This document shows, in pieces, positions 42,291-51,357 of a stretch of DNA of 64,000 bases. Location of the stretch: the NCBI GenBank assembly GCA_902536655.1, contig CACAYF010000009.1:3122-67121 (forward strand), read 5' to 3'. Numbering within the stretch: the first letter of the stretch is position 1; each line of letters opens with the position of its first letter. Made by a program: the position numbers and the translations under genes. The notes beneath the pieces are model-generated. The model had not been told where the DNA came from. It searched no databases and worked only from the letters and a program-made list of their open reading frames with translations. Source of the DNA: an uncultured Alphaproteobacteria bacterium (GTDB lineage Bacteria; Pseudomonadota; Alphaproteobacteria; Methylaequorales; Methylaequoraceae).

Positions 42291-42942
42291 TTTTCTGGAT
42301 TATGAAATCTGACAATTCATATAAATGTGTATTAAATAGTTTGGTAAATGAAATAAATGAGTCGATTTTTTGACCTCTTACAAATTCACCAATATAATCA
42401 TCTTCTTTAAGAACCGTATAGATTTCACCGTTATCTTTTAATTGCTTTACTAAAACTTTTGGAATTGATTTTACAGCTCCTTCTATAAAAATCTTATCAT
42501 AAGGGGAGTTTTTATTGTTACCTGACACTAGATTTGATTTAAAGAAAACCGAAGTATTTAAACATCCCATACTTGATAAAACAGTGTTAGCTTGCTGCAC
42601 TAATTTTTTACAATTTTCAACACCAAATACATAACTTACCAAATTTGAAATTATTGCCACGGAATAACCTGTTAAACAACCAATAACTAAGACTGAATCA
42701 TCTTTTGAAAAACTACAATGTTCAAACATTTTCGCCAATACAAATGACCTTACTAAGTATCTATTTGGTGAAATTAAAATATCTGAATCACTATATACTA
42801 CTTCCTGCTCGGACTCTGGAACAAATAATTCTTTCTTAGTGTTATCAAATGATGCAATAAGGTCCAAATTTTTAACACCATTAGGAAGAAGTTGGTTGTT
42901 AACCATATTGGCGCGGGCTTTATCAAAAAAGTTAATATTCAT
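42268..42942 (-). CDS. PCMT-family (protein-L-isoaspartate O-methyltransferase-like) protein upstream of tolC
   Basis: VLVIGCLTGYSVAIISNL is the SAM motif, and the size is PCMT-like. A conserved alphaproteobacterial gene pair places a pcm paralogue before tolC. Confidence 0.6.
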   Translation of the reverse strand: MNINFFDKARANMVNNQLLPNGVKNLDLIASFDNTKKELFVPESEQEVVYSDSDILISPNRYLVRSFVLAKMFEHCSFSKDDSVLVIGCLTGYSVAIISNLVSYVFGVENCKKLVQQANTVLSSMGCLNTSVFFKSNLVSGNNKNSPYDKIFIEGAVKSIPKVLVKQLKDNGEIYTVLKEDDYIGEFVRGQKIDSFISFTKLFNTHLYELSDFIIQKNDNDKIL

Positions 42943-43017
42943 TATATTAGGCTATTAATATGTAAAGCTTTAATATATAAGTATTAATATTTATTACAAT
43001 ATTTAAGAATTTATTGA

Positions 43018-43091
43018 GGTGCGGTGGCGGAGAGGCTACGCACCGGCCTGCAAAGCCGTGTACACCGGTTCGAATCCGGTCCGCACCTCCA
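43018..43091 (+). tRNA. tRNA-Cys (anticodon GCA), CCA encoded
   Basis: I folded it by hand. The acceptor is GGTGCGG/CCGCACC, the anticodon loop is CTGCAAA, the T arm is ACCGG-TTCGAAT-CCGGT, and the discriminator is T followed by CCA. The D stem is short. Confidence 0.85.
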
Positions 43092-43143
43092 AGTTTTTAT
43101 AAATGTTTTACAATTAAAAAAATTTAACTATTATATCCATAAT

Positions 43144-43219
43144 TCCGGCGTAGCTCAGTTGGTAGAGCAAGCGACTGTTAATCGCTGGGTCACAGGTTCG
43201 AGTCCTGTCGCCGGAGCCA
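43144..43219 (+). tRNA. tRNA-Asn (anticodon GUU), CCA encoded
   Basis: The acceptor is TCCGGCG/CGCCGGA, the D arm is GCTC-AGTTGGTA-GAGC, the anticodon arm is AGCGA-CTGTTAA-TCGCT, and the T arm is ACAGG-TTCGAGT-CCTGT. 76 nt. Confidence 0.9.
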
Positions 43220-43224
43220 ATTTT

Positions 43225-44226
43225 ATGAAGATATTTATTAGTGGTATTGCTGGATTTCTTGGAAGTCATTTAGCCGACGAATTTATCAAAGATGGTCACC
43301 ATGTTGTTGGGTGTGACAGTTTAATTGGCGGTGAATTGGATAATGTTCCGCCTGAAGCTGAATTTTATCAATACGATTGTTGCTTTCGAAATTCAATGCT
43401 AAAAATTACTAAAGGTTGTGACTTAGTATATCATACTGCAGCGACAGCTTATGAGGGTTTATCTGTTTTCTCACCTCATCTAATTACGCAAAATATTGTT
43501 ACTGGATCAGTATCATTATTTAGTGCAGCAATTGAAAATAAAGTAAAAAGAATCATTTTTTGCTCATCTATGGCTCGATATGGAACCAATGAAATACCGT
43601 TTAGAGAAGAATTCATCCCTACTCCCCAAGATCCATATGGCATAGCAAAGGTAGCGGCAGAAAATATCCTAAAAAATTTATGTGAAGTTCACGGAGTTGA
43701 ATACGTTATTGCGGTACCACACAATATTATTGGACCAAGACAAAAATACGACGACCCATACCGGAATGTAGCTTCAATTATGATTAATTTAATGTTACAG
43801 AATAGACAACCTTATATATATGGAGACGGAGAACAAAAAAGATGTTTCTCATACATTGATGATGATCTATTTTGTCTTAAAGAAATGGCCACTAATAAAT
43901 CTGTGAAGAGTCAAATAATTAATATAGGGCCGGATGAAGAATTTATAACAATAAATACTTTGGCCAACAAAATTGCCAATCAACTCAAATTTAATCTGAA
44001 CCCAAAATATATAAAAGGAAGACCTCAAGAGGTTTTAGAAGCAACCTGCAGTGCTGATAAGGCACGCAAACTACTTAATTACAAAACAAAAACAACATTA
44101 GATCATGGCTTAAGAAAGATGATTGATTTTATAAAAGAAAAAGGTGTTAGGAAGTTTAGATACCATCTTGACCTTGAAATTATAAATTCAAAAACACCGA
44201 AAACATGGAAAGAAAAACTATTCTAA
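43225..44226 (+). CDS. NAD-dependent sugar-nucleotide epimerase/dehydratase (SDR family)
   Basis: The real start is MKIFISGIAGFLGSHLA (GxxGxxG Rossmann motif) at 43225, 5 nt after tRNA-Asn. The listed 400-aa ORF starting at 43024 is an artefact that reads through both tRNAs. YxxxK is present (YGIAK). Confidence 0.8.
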   Translation: MKIFISGIAGFLGSHLADEFIKDGHHVVGCDSLIGGELDNVPPEAEFYQYDCCFRNSMLKITKGCDLVYHTAATAYEGLSVFSPHLITQNIVTGSVSLFSAAIENKVKRIIFCSSMARYGTNEIPFREEFIPTPQDPYGIAKVAAENILKNLCEVHGVEYVIAVPHNIIGPRQKYDDPYRNVASIMINLMLQNRQPYIYGDGEQKRCFSYIDDDLFCLKEMATNKSVKSQIINIGPDEEFITINTLANKIANQLKFNLNPKYIKGRPQEVLEATCSADKARKLLNYKTKTTLDHGLRKMIDFIKEKGVRKFRYHLDLEIINSKTPKTWKEKLF

Positions 44227-44227
44227 A

Positions 44228-45163
44228 ATGACAAAAATAAGTTTTGTATGCCCAATATTTAATAAAAAAAAATATTTAAAAATTGTACTTTCCTCTATTA
44301 AAAAACAAGTAGGAGGTTTTGAAAAAGAATATATTTTTATTGATGATGGATCTACAGATGGATCGCTAGAATATTTAAAAAAAAAAACTCAAAATTGGAA
44401 AAATACAACAATTTTGAGTCAGAAAAACAGAGGACCAGCCATTGCAACTCAATACGGAATTAGTAGGGCTACTGGTGATTATATTAAATTAGTTGGTGGC
44501 GACGATATTATGGCTCCATATTGTTGTGAAATTTTATTAAAAACAATTTTAAAAAAAAAATCTGTAGCAGCTTTTAGCTCCTACAAATTATTGCAAAGTT
44601 ACAATGATATTTCGTTTGAAAAAAATACAATCGAAAACTTTAGATTTTTAGAAAATCCCCTTACAGCTACAATTACTTCAAGTTTTTCAGGTACAACTCC
44701 TAATTTGTATTGTAATAAAACAATTCAAAAATCCGGTGGGTGTAATAAAAAACTTTTTATAGAGGATTTTTCTTTAGTTTTAAATTTGGCTCGTTTTGGG
44801 AATTTTTGTTTTATTGATAATATAACATCATATGGACCAAAAAATGACGAAAACAGGATTATGATTGGGAAAAAAACTCAACTGATACACGACTATAATG
44901 CTGCATTGTATTACTTTATAAAAAAAAATGAGTTAGAAGACTCAATATTAAAAATCGCTTGTAAGAAGTCACTAGGAAGATCAGAAAAATGGTATAGAAG
45001 AGAAAAAAAAAAAACTAAATTTAATAGAATGAACTTTCTGAGAATTTGTTTATTTTTGGGGAGTAAGAATTACTTAAATTTAATTAGGGAATCTTGTATT
45101 TTTATTTATCAACATTCAACTAAAGACGCAATAAGATATAAAATCGACGATTATTCTCCCTGA
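44228..45163 (+). CDS. Family 2 glycosyltransferase
   Basis: It has an N-terminal GT-A fold with IFIDDGSTDGS (DxD-type) and a GT2 layout. Confidence 0.75.
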   Translation: MTKISFVCPIFNKKKYLKIVLSSIKKQVGGFEKEYIFIDDGSTDGSLEYLKKKTQNWKNTTILSQKNRGPAIATQYGISRATGDYIKLVGGDDIMAPYCCEILLKTILKKKSVAAFSSYKLLQSYNDISFEKNTIENFRFLENPLTATITSSFSGTTPNLYCNKTIQKSGGCNKKLFIEDFSLVLNLARFGNFCFIDNITSYGPKNDENRIMIGKKTQLIHDYNAALYYFIKKNELEDSILKIACKKSLGRSEKWYRREKKKTKFNRMNFLRICLFLGSKNYLNLIRESCIFIYQHSTKDAIRYKIDDYSP

Positions 45164-45942
45164 TTAAAAAGAAGTCCTCTTTTTCTTGCAATAAAAATCA
45201 TTTTTAAAAAAAATAAGATACTTAACATTAAATAAAATATGTTGAGAAAAATAATTATAAAAACATTATGTAGAACAATTTTATTTTCGATCAAAATCAA
45301 TCTCATAGTCTCAAAAATATGTACTGTTGGTAAAAACAGAGAAATATCTTGTATTATATTAGGCAAGGAATCTAATGGATAATATACACATGAAAACGGA
45401 AGAATGATAAAAATAATTGCCCAAGCTAATTCTTCAAAGGCTTGACCATACCTCAACACTAAGCCAGAGACAATAAAACCTATTGACCATCCGAAAATTA
45501 TTAGATTTAAAAAAAGAAATATTAAATACAAACCTAACTCAAACAGATGAAAGTTGAAAAAATAGTTTGCGAAAAATACAGCGGGGGTAATTCCAATCAA
45601 AGTTCTTACGAGGCTTGTAACTATAAGTCCATAAACCATCTCAATATCCTTTAATGGTGTTATAAATAAATTTGGTAAATTTCTTGACCACAATTCCTCA
45701 AAAAAAGACATGGTTAAACCAAGTTGTCCTCTAAATAAAACATCCCACAAAACTACTGCGGAAAGAATTATGTTTAAGGCACTCCAAATTCCAAAGCTTC
45801 CATTAGACATAAAAAAATTAGTAAAGTATCCCCAAAAAAGAATCTGAACTGTTGGCCAATAAAAAATGCTCAACAACCTGGGAAAAGATCCAAAAGATAT
45901 GTTCTTATATCTAATTAATAAAGCTAAAATTCTATTTATCAT
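45151..45942 (-). CDS. ABC-2 type polysaccharide/polyol-phosphate export permease (Wzm/KpsM/TagG-like)
   Basis: 263 aa and 6 TM. It is translationally coupled (11-bp overlap) to the downstream ATPase gene. Confidence 0.7.
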   Translation of the reverse strand: MINRILALLIRYKNISFGSFPRLLSIFYWPTVQILFWGYFTNFFMSNGSFGIWSALNIILSAVVLWDVLFRGQLGLTMSFFEELWSRNLPNLFITPLKDIEMVYGLIVTSLVRTLIGITPAVFFANYFFNFHLFELGLYLIFLFLNLIIFGWSIGFIVSGLVLRYGQAFEELAWAIIFIILPFSCVYYPLDSLPNIIQDISLFLPTVHIFETMRLILIENKIVLHNVFIIIFLNIFYLMLSILFFLKMIFIARKRGLLFNQGE

Positions 45943-46654
45943 CTTTCAGAAAAATATCTTTAAGTGAAGAAGATTTATTTTGTTTAAATAACTCATTTTT
46001 TTTACCATCAAATTTTATCTTCCCTTTATCTAATAAAATAATATGTGAACACAGTTTTTCAATTTCTTCTAAATTATGAGATGTGATAAGGATTGTTGAA
46101 TTATTTTTTTTCTGAAAATTTTTTATATATTTTCTAATAAATTCTGACGTTGATACATCTAATGATGCTGTTGGTTCGTCTAACAGAAGTAATTTTGGGT
46201 CATTTAATAAAGCTTTACATAAATTTACCCTTGTTTTTTGACCGGAAGATAATGTTCCATAAATATTGTCAAGTAAATCTGTTATAAATAAATCTTCTGA
46301 TAGTTTTAGAATTTTTTTTTTTTTATCTATTACATCATAAAGTCTCGCATAAAAAATTAAGTTTTGCATGACTGTAATCTTTTTAGGAAGATCAATATAT
46401 GGACTCTGAAAATTTATATTTTTTAATATTTCATATTTGTGTAACTTCAGGGATTTATCAAAAATGAAAATTTCTCCTTCTGAGGGAGTTATAAGTCCCA
46501 TTAACATTGCTAGAAAAGTTGTTTTTCCTGCCCCATTTTTTCCTAAAACTCCAAAAATTCCTCCATATGGTAGATTTATTGAAACATTACTAACCACAGT
46601 TTGATTATCATATGTCTTTGATAGGTTTTTTGTTCTAATTGATGTTTTTGGCAC
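45932..46654 (-). CDS. ABC transporter ATP-binding protein (Wzt/KpsT/TagH-like)
   Basis: It has Walker A GVLGKNGAGKTT, the signature LSSGQKTRV and Walker B LLLLDEP. Confidence 0.85.
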   Translation of the reverse strand: MPKTSIRTKNLSKTYDNQTVVSNVSINLPYGGIFGVLGKNGAGKTTFLAMLMGLITPSEGEIFIFDKSLKLHKYEILKNINFQSPYIDLPKKITVMQNLIFYARLYDVIDKKKKILKLSEDLFITDLLDNIYGTLSSGQKTRVNLCKALLNDPKLLLLDEPTASLDVSTSEFIRKYIKNFQKKNNSTILITSHNLEEIEKLCSHIILLDKGKIKFDGKKNELFKQNKSSSLKDIFLKDDK

Positions 46655-47512
46655 TTAATCGTACTGAAATGCTATGAGATTATTATTTTTCATCATTGGA
46701 ATTAAAATTAGATTTTTGTGCATTAATATCTCAAGATCGGCAGCACCTTTATTAACTTTAAAGGAGTTGGTAACTATGCCTTTTTTATTGATTGAAAAAA
46801 GCCTTCCGCTAATCCAATCAGTTGATAAATAACCATTATCTTTATTAAAGACGATGCCGTCCAAATTTCCAATTGGACGAGTACTGAAAAATTTTTGAAT
46901 CTCTCTTGTTTTTAAGTTAACTTTTATTAATTTTCCTTTTATTTCTGTATCAAAACCACTCTTAATTTTGCCCCAACAAGCAATTATTAAATAATTTCCC
47001 TCAATTAACAATCCATTAGGTGAATCTAAAAGTTTGCTTTGTTTCCAGATCGTAATATTTTTATTTTTTAATTGATAGATTCTATTTTTAAACATGTCAG
47101 ATGCATAAATACGACCTTTTTTGTCTACAGCTAAATCATTTAAAAAACCTGCACCATTAACTGAGAAGAATTGTTTTTTTTTACTTAAAGTATTGATCTT
47201 CCATATTTTATTTATATCTGCAACAAATAAATGGTCATTAAAGATTGCCATACCTTTTGGTCCATCTAAACCTGTTATCCATTTCTTTTCTAAAATCTGA
47301 CCATCAACACTGATTTTACTGATATATCCATTTTTATCTAATTTTAATGGATCACCGTTAATGTTTGAAATATATATAGCACTATTTTTTTTATCAAAAA
47401 CAGCTGATTCTGGCTCATCTAATCCGTCAACAACCCACTTTATTTCAAAAGAATATATTGGAGAAAAGATAAAAAAAATAAAAATGAAAGTTTTAATAAA
47501 AATATTTAGCAT
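46655..47512 (-). CDS. Secreted six-bladed beta-propeller protein (SMP-30/gluconolactonase/NHL-like)
   Basis: It has a signal peptide. Repeated ...L(D/N)GP.G(M/L)...(D/N)..L(F/Y)V(A/S)D... blades are seen (LDGPKGMAIFNDHLFVAD, LNDLAVDKKGRIYASD, LDSPNGLLIEGNYLIIAC, IGNLDGIVFNKDNGYLSTD). Confidence 0.45.
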   Translation of the reverse strand: MLNIFIKTFIFIFFIFSPIYSFEIKWVVDGLDEPESAVFDKKNSAIYISNINGDPLKLDKNGYISKISVDGQILEKKWITGLDGPKGMAIFNDHLFVADINKIWKINTLSKKKQFFSVNGAGFLNDLAVDKKGRIYASDMFKNRIYQLKNKNITIWKQSKLLDSPNGLLIEGNYLIIACWGKIKSGFDTEIKGKLIKVNLKTREIQKFFSTRPIGNLDGIVFNKDNGYLSTDWISGRLFSINKKGIVTNSFKVNKGAADLEILMHKNLILIPMMKNNNLIAFQYD

Positions 47513-47594
47513 TATTTTGTGAAATTCTTAAACTAAACCATTGTTAACTTTTTGTATATGATTTAACAAAAAAAAGTTTAAGATCAGTTAAAAA

Positions 47595-48593
47595 ATGAAA
47601 TTTAATTTTAAAAGAAATTTTTCAGAATGTATTGGAAATACTCCAATAATAAAACTTAAAGTCGCATCAGAAATTTCTGGTTGCGAAATATATGGTAAAT
47701 GTGAATTTCTAAATCCAGGTGGATCAGTGAAAGACAGGCCTGCATTGCAAATAATAAAAGACGCAATTAAAAAAAAACAAATCGAAAAAGGAGGCACAAT
47801 TGTCGAAGGAACTGCAGGAAACACTGGAATAGGTCTATGTTTAGTTGGAAATTCAATTGGATTGAATTCAATCATAGTTATGCCTAGAACCCAAAGTAAT
47901 GAAAAAAAAAAAATGTTAAAATTGTGTGGCGCAGAATTAAAACTTGTTGATGCACTCCCATATAAAAATCCTGGAAATTACATTCGTTACTCAGAAACCT
48001 TAGCAAAATCCATTGTAAATGAGCATGGTGTTCTATGGGCTAATCAATTTGATAATTTATCTAATAAAAAATCACACTATTTGACAACCGGGCCTGAAAT
48101 ATATAAACAACTTTCCCAAAAGGTAGATGCTTTTATATGTTCAATAGGCACAGGAGGAACTATTTCTGGTGTTTCTGATTTTTTAAAAGAACAAAATAAA
48201 AATATTGTTATTGGTTTAGCAGATCCTATGGGTTCAGCTATGCACAATTTTTATAAAAATGGGAAACTCAAATCGACTGGTTCTTCTATAACTGAAGGAA
48301 TTGGACAAGGAAGAATAACTAGAAATTTAGAAAATACTGTTATTGACGAATCATTTCAAATAACAGATAAAGAAGCTTTAAATATAGTATATGAGATGGT
48401 GAGAAAAGAAGGGCTAATTTTAGGAGGATCATCAGGAGTAAATATTATGGGAGCTGTGAAGTTAGGAAAATTAATTGGTCCCAACAAAATAATTGTAACC
48501 ATCTTGTGTGATTATGGGACAAAATACGAAAGTAAAATTTTTAATAAAAAATTTCTTAAAGACAAAGAACTTCCAATTCCAGAATGGCTTTGA
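47595..48593 (+). CDS. cysK: Cysteine synthase / O-acetylserine sulfhydrylase-family PLP enzyme
   Basis: It carries GGSVKDRPAL (the PLP Lys), GNTGIGL and a GGTISG loop. 332 aa. Confidence 0.8.
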   Translation: MKFNFKRNFSECIGNTPIIKLKVASEISGCEIYGKCEFLNPGGSVKDRPALQIIKDAIKKKQIEKGGTIVEGTAGNTGIGLCLVGNSIGLNSIIVMPRTQSNEKKKMLKLCGAELKLVDALPYKNPGNYIRYSETLAKSIVNEHGVLWANQFDNLSNKKSHYLTTGPEIYKQLSQKVDAFICSIGTGGTISGVSDFLKEQNKNIVIGLADPMGSAMHNFYKNGKLKSTGSSITEGIGQGRITRNLENTVIDESFQITDKEALNIVYEMVRKEGLILGGSSGVNIMGAVKLGKLIGPNKIIVTILCDYGTKYESKIFNKKFLKDKELPIPEWL

Positions 48594-49426
48594 TAAATTT
48601 AACTTCAAAATTTGTGATAAATTGTGAGGAGCTTTTTACTTTAAAAAACTCTTCTAATATAAGAATTATTGATTGTAGATGGTATTTAAATAAACCTAAT
48701 AGAGGAAGATTAGAGTATAAAAACACTCATATTGAGAATGCAATCTATTTCGATATTGAGAAGTTATCGGATAATTCAATTGATTTACCCCATATGTTTC
48801 CATCAAGTGAACAAATCCAAAATTTTATTGTAACAAATGGAATTAATATTAATCACGAAATTATAATATATGATCAGATAGGCTTTTTTTGTTCAGGGAG
48901 AGTTTGGTTTATTTTAAAAGTTTTTGGATTTAAAAAGATAAGAATACTTAATGGTGGTTTTTCAGAGTGGACTAAAAATAATCTTCCAGTAACAAATAAA
49001 ATAAAAAAAGCAGAAAAGTCTAATTTTATATGTAATTCATTTGAATCAAAGAGAATAGTGAATAAAAAAGAATTAGAAAAGATTATCGCTAAAAATGATT
49101 GTAATACAAAAGTAATTGACGCAAGACCTCAGAATAGGTTTTTAGGAATTGAAAAAGAACCGAGACCTAATTTAAAAAAAGGTAGAATTAGGAATAGCAT
49201 TAATATTCCGTTTGAGGTAATTACAAAAAATATGCTAATTAAGAATTTTGATGAATTAAAGCATTTAATCTTCAATCAAAAGAAAATAAAAAAAAAAAAT
49301 ATCATAGTATGCTATTGCGGATCTGGAGTTACGGCTTGCAATATTATATTTGTTCTTACATTATTAGGTATTAAAGAAGTAAAACTTTATGATGGATCGT
49401 GGACAGAATGGGGAAAAATAAAATAA
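48584..49426 (+). CDS. sseA: 3-mercaptopyruvate sulfurtransferase (tandem rhodanese)
   Basis: It has two rhodanese domains. The active-site loop is CYCGSGVTAC (CG[ST]GVTA is the 3-MST-type signature, rather than the CRKGVTA of thiosulfate sulfurtransferases). Confidence 0.8.
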   Translation: MALINLTSKFVINCEELFTLKNSSNIRIIDCRWYLNKPNRGRLEYKNTHIENAIYFDIEKLSDNSIDLPHMFPSSEQIQNFIVTNGININHEIIIYDQIGFFCSGRVWFILKVFGFKKIRILNGGFSEWTKNNLPVTNKIKKAEKSNFICNSFESKRIVNKKELEKIIAKNDCNTKVIDARPQNRFLGIEKEPRPNLKKGRIRNSINIPFEVITKNMLIKNFDELKHLIFNQKKIKKKNIIVCYCGSGVTACNIIFVLTLLGIKEVKLYDGSWTEWGKIK

Positions 49427-50571
49427 ATTCTGAGTTAATTAAACTAGGGAGTGATCCTTCTTTACATCATGGATCTTTAAGCGATCCTATATATAAAACC
49501 TCGACAATAATTTTTAACGACTATAAAAGCTTTTTAGACGCTAAAAAAAATAAATTCAAGAAACCTTACTATGGAAGACTTGGAAACTATTCAGTAAAAA
49601 GATTTGAAGAATTAATTAGCAAATTATACAAAAGTCAGGGTGCAGTTGTTACAAGTTCTGGATTGTCAGCAATAACGATAAGTTTATTATCATTTTTATC
49701 AAAAGGAGATGAAGTCTTAATTACTGAAAATTGTTATGAACCGGTTTATAATTTCTGTATTAATGAGTTAAAACGATTTGGAGTAAAAACTTATTTCTAC
49801 AAAAATAATAACTCTTCTTTATTAAATAAACTAATTAACAACAAAACAAAATTAATTTACATCGAATCGCCTGGGTCGCTTAATTATGAAGTGGAAGATA
49901 TCGAGGAAATTGTAAAGATTGCAAAAAAAAATAAAATTATAACTGTTATGGATAATACTTGGGCTACTTTCATAGGTCTCAATCCTTTAGAATGGGGTGT
50001 AGATGTGGCTATTGAATCTTGTACAAAATATTTTTCAGGTCATTCTGATAATTTTTGTGGAGCCATAGCATGCGGCAATGAGCATTTCAAAAAAATTAAG
50101 CAAACAGCCGTTAGAGTTGGAGATTTTGTTTCTGCAGAGTCATGTTTCAACGCAATAAAAGGGATGAGAACTCTGAGCACGAGACTAGAAAAACATCAAG
50201 AAAATTCCTTAAAAGTTTTTGAGTATTTAGAGACAAAAAAGCTTATTAAAGAAATTTATTTCTTACCCGATAAAAAAAATATTCACCACAAACTTTGGAA
50301 AAAATACTTTAATCTTAGCAATGGACTTATTACTTTTTCAATTACAAAAACAAATCAAATTGAATCGTTCATTGATCATTTAAATTTTTTTAAAATTGGA
50401 TTTAGCTGGGGAGGATATGAAAGTTTGATTTTGCCACTAAATGAAATAAAGCCCTCTTTGAAAAACTATAAAAAGTCTGTATATTGGTTTAGAATTCATA
50501 TTGGTTTAGAATCAGCAGATGATTTGATTAAAGATTTAGAGCGAGGATTTAAAAACTATGAAAAAAAATAA
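49399..50571 (+). CDS. metC: Cystathionine beta-lyase / Cys-Met-metabolism PLP-dependent C-S lyase
   Basis: It carries ESCTKYFSGHSDNFCGAI (the PLP-Lys signature of the Cys/Met-metabolism family). 390 aa. Confidence 0.8.
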   Translation: MDRMGKNKINSELIKLGSDPSLHHGSLSDPIYKTSTIIFNDYKSFLDAKKNKFKKPYYGRLGNYSVKRFEELISKLYKSQGAVVTSSGLSAITISLLSFLSKGDEVLITENCYEPVYNFCINELKRFGVKTYFYKNNNSSLLNKLINNKTKLIYIESPGSLNYEVEDIEEIVKIAKKNKIITVMDNTWATFIGLNPLEWGVDVAIESCTKYFSGHSDNFCGAIACGNEHFKKIKQTAVRVGDFVSAESCFNAIKGMRTLSTRLEKHQENSLKVFEYLETKKLIKEIYFLPDKKNIHHKLWKKYFNLSNGLITFSITKTNQIESFIDHLNFFKIGFSWGGYESLILPLNEIKPSLKNYKKSVYWFRIHIGLESADDLIKDLERGFKNYEKK

Positions 50572-50854
50572 ATTTTTGATATTTAAACCCACAAAGTCTT
50601 CCATGCAGTCGGGATATAATAATTCACGCAAATGGTGTCTCGCAAACAATGACATTAATGAATCGTTTATAAGTAGTAAGTTTTGCTGGAATGGATCTTC
50701 GAATCCTGAAAAACAAATTGAGTTATTTTTTGATGATTTAGAATCAGCTGTCAACTTTGCAAAAAAAAATAAATATGATTATGAAATACAAATACCAAAT
50801 AAAAGGTCATTGATAAAAAAATCCTATGCTGAGAATTTTTTGAAGAAAGGCTAA
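50558..50854 (+). CDS. NDUFS4-like 'ETC complex I subunit conserved region' protein
   Basis: FLIFKPTKSSMQSGYNNSRKWCL matches the alphaproteobacterial ETC_C1_NDUFA4/NDUFS4 core (hhY.P...AMQSG....W.L). 98 aa. Confidence 0.65.
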   Translation: MKKNKFLIFKPTKSSMQSGYNNSRKWCLANNDINESFISSKFCWNGSSNPEKQIELFFDDLESAVNFAKKNKYDYEIQIPNKRSLIKKSYAENFLKKG

Positions 50855-50856
50855 AA

Positions 50857-51354
50857 ATGGGTAAAGAAAGATTTTGTCCAAATTGGTTATTTAAAATTAT
50901 TATTTCTCAAACTGTTTATGACTATATAGTAAGAGACGTGGCTTTATTTATTAGTGCAAGAAAATTTATATCTTTTTTTTCAAAATATTACGATGAACTC
51001 ACCCCGGACGATATAGAGGCAACATCAGTAGCATTCATTGAGTTTTTAGGCGAAGTAAAGTCGAAAGATCCTTTTCTTCTTTTAAATCATTATACTTACA
51101 GTATAATAATGAATGTTAAGCCAAATGAAAAAGGTATTTTTAAAAAAGATCCATACGATAATGATTCTGAAAAAAAGTACTCTCCGCATGATGCAGTAAA
51201 AGATTTTAAGGTATTTTCATATTCATGTAGATCTGGGTTAACAAAAAAAGCTCCTTGCGGTTGGGATATTAAAAATGAAAAAGATTTAGGTTTAATTACT
51301 GATGCAATACATAAACAATTTTCTATAGATGATATGATAGATAGTGTAACGTAA
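50857..51354 (+). CDS. Hypothetical protein
   Basis: 165-aa ORF tightly packed in the operon (2-3 bp spacers). No motif recognised. Confidence 0.4.
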   Translation: MGKERFCPNWLFKIIISQTVYDYIVRDVALFISARKFISFFSKYYDELTPDDIEATSVAFIEFLGEVKSKDPFLLLNHYTYSIIMNVKPNEKGIFKKDPYDNDSEKKYSPHDAVKDFKVFSYSCRSGLTKKAPCGWDIKNEKDLGLITDAIHKQFSIDDMIDSVT

Positions 51355-51357
51355 ATT

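Noticed and set aside
43018-43091. Whether the oddly short D stem of the first tRNA indicates tRNA-Sec
   Set aside because: The anticodon is GCA, the acceptor stem is 7 bp and the variable loop is short, so it is tRNA-Cys.
43024-44226. A 400-aa ORF beginning MAERLRTGLQSRVHRFESGPHLQ...
   Set aside because: The first ~67 codons are simply tRNA-Cys and tRNA-Asn read in frame. The true epimerase start is MKIFISG at 43225.
47513-47594. A possible SAM-II/SAM-V-type riboswitch in the leader of the cysK-sseA-metC operon
   Set aside because: I could not identify the conserved pseudoknot or consensus nucleotides by eye. I mention it only as a place to run a covariance model.
47588-47875. A 95-aa minus-strand ORF overlapping the cysK start
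   Set aside because: It is antisense to the conserved N-terminus of cysK, with Pro/Phe-rich low complexity.
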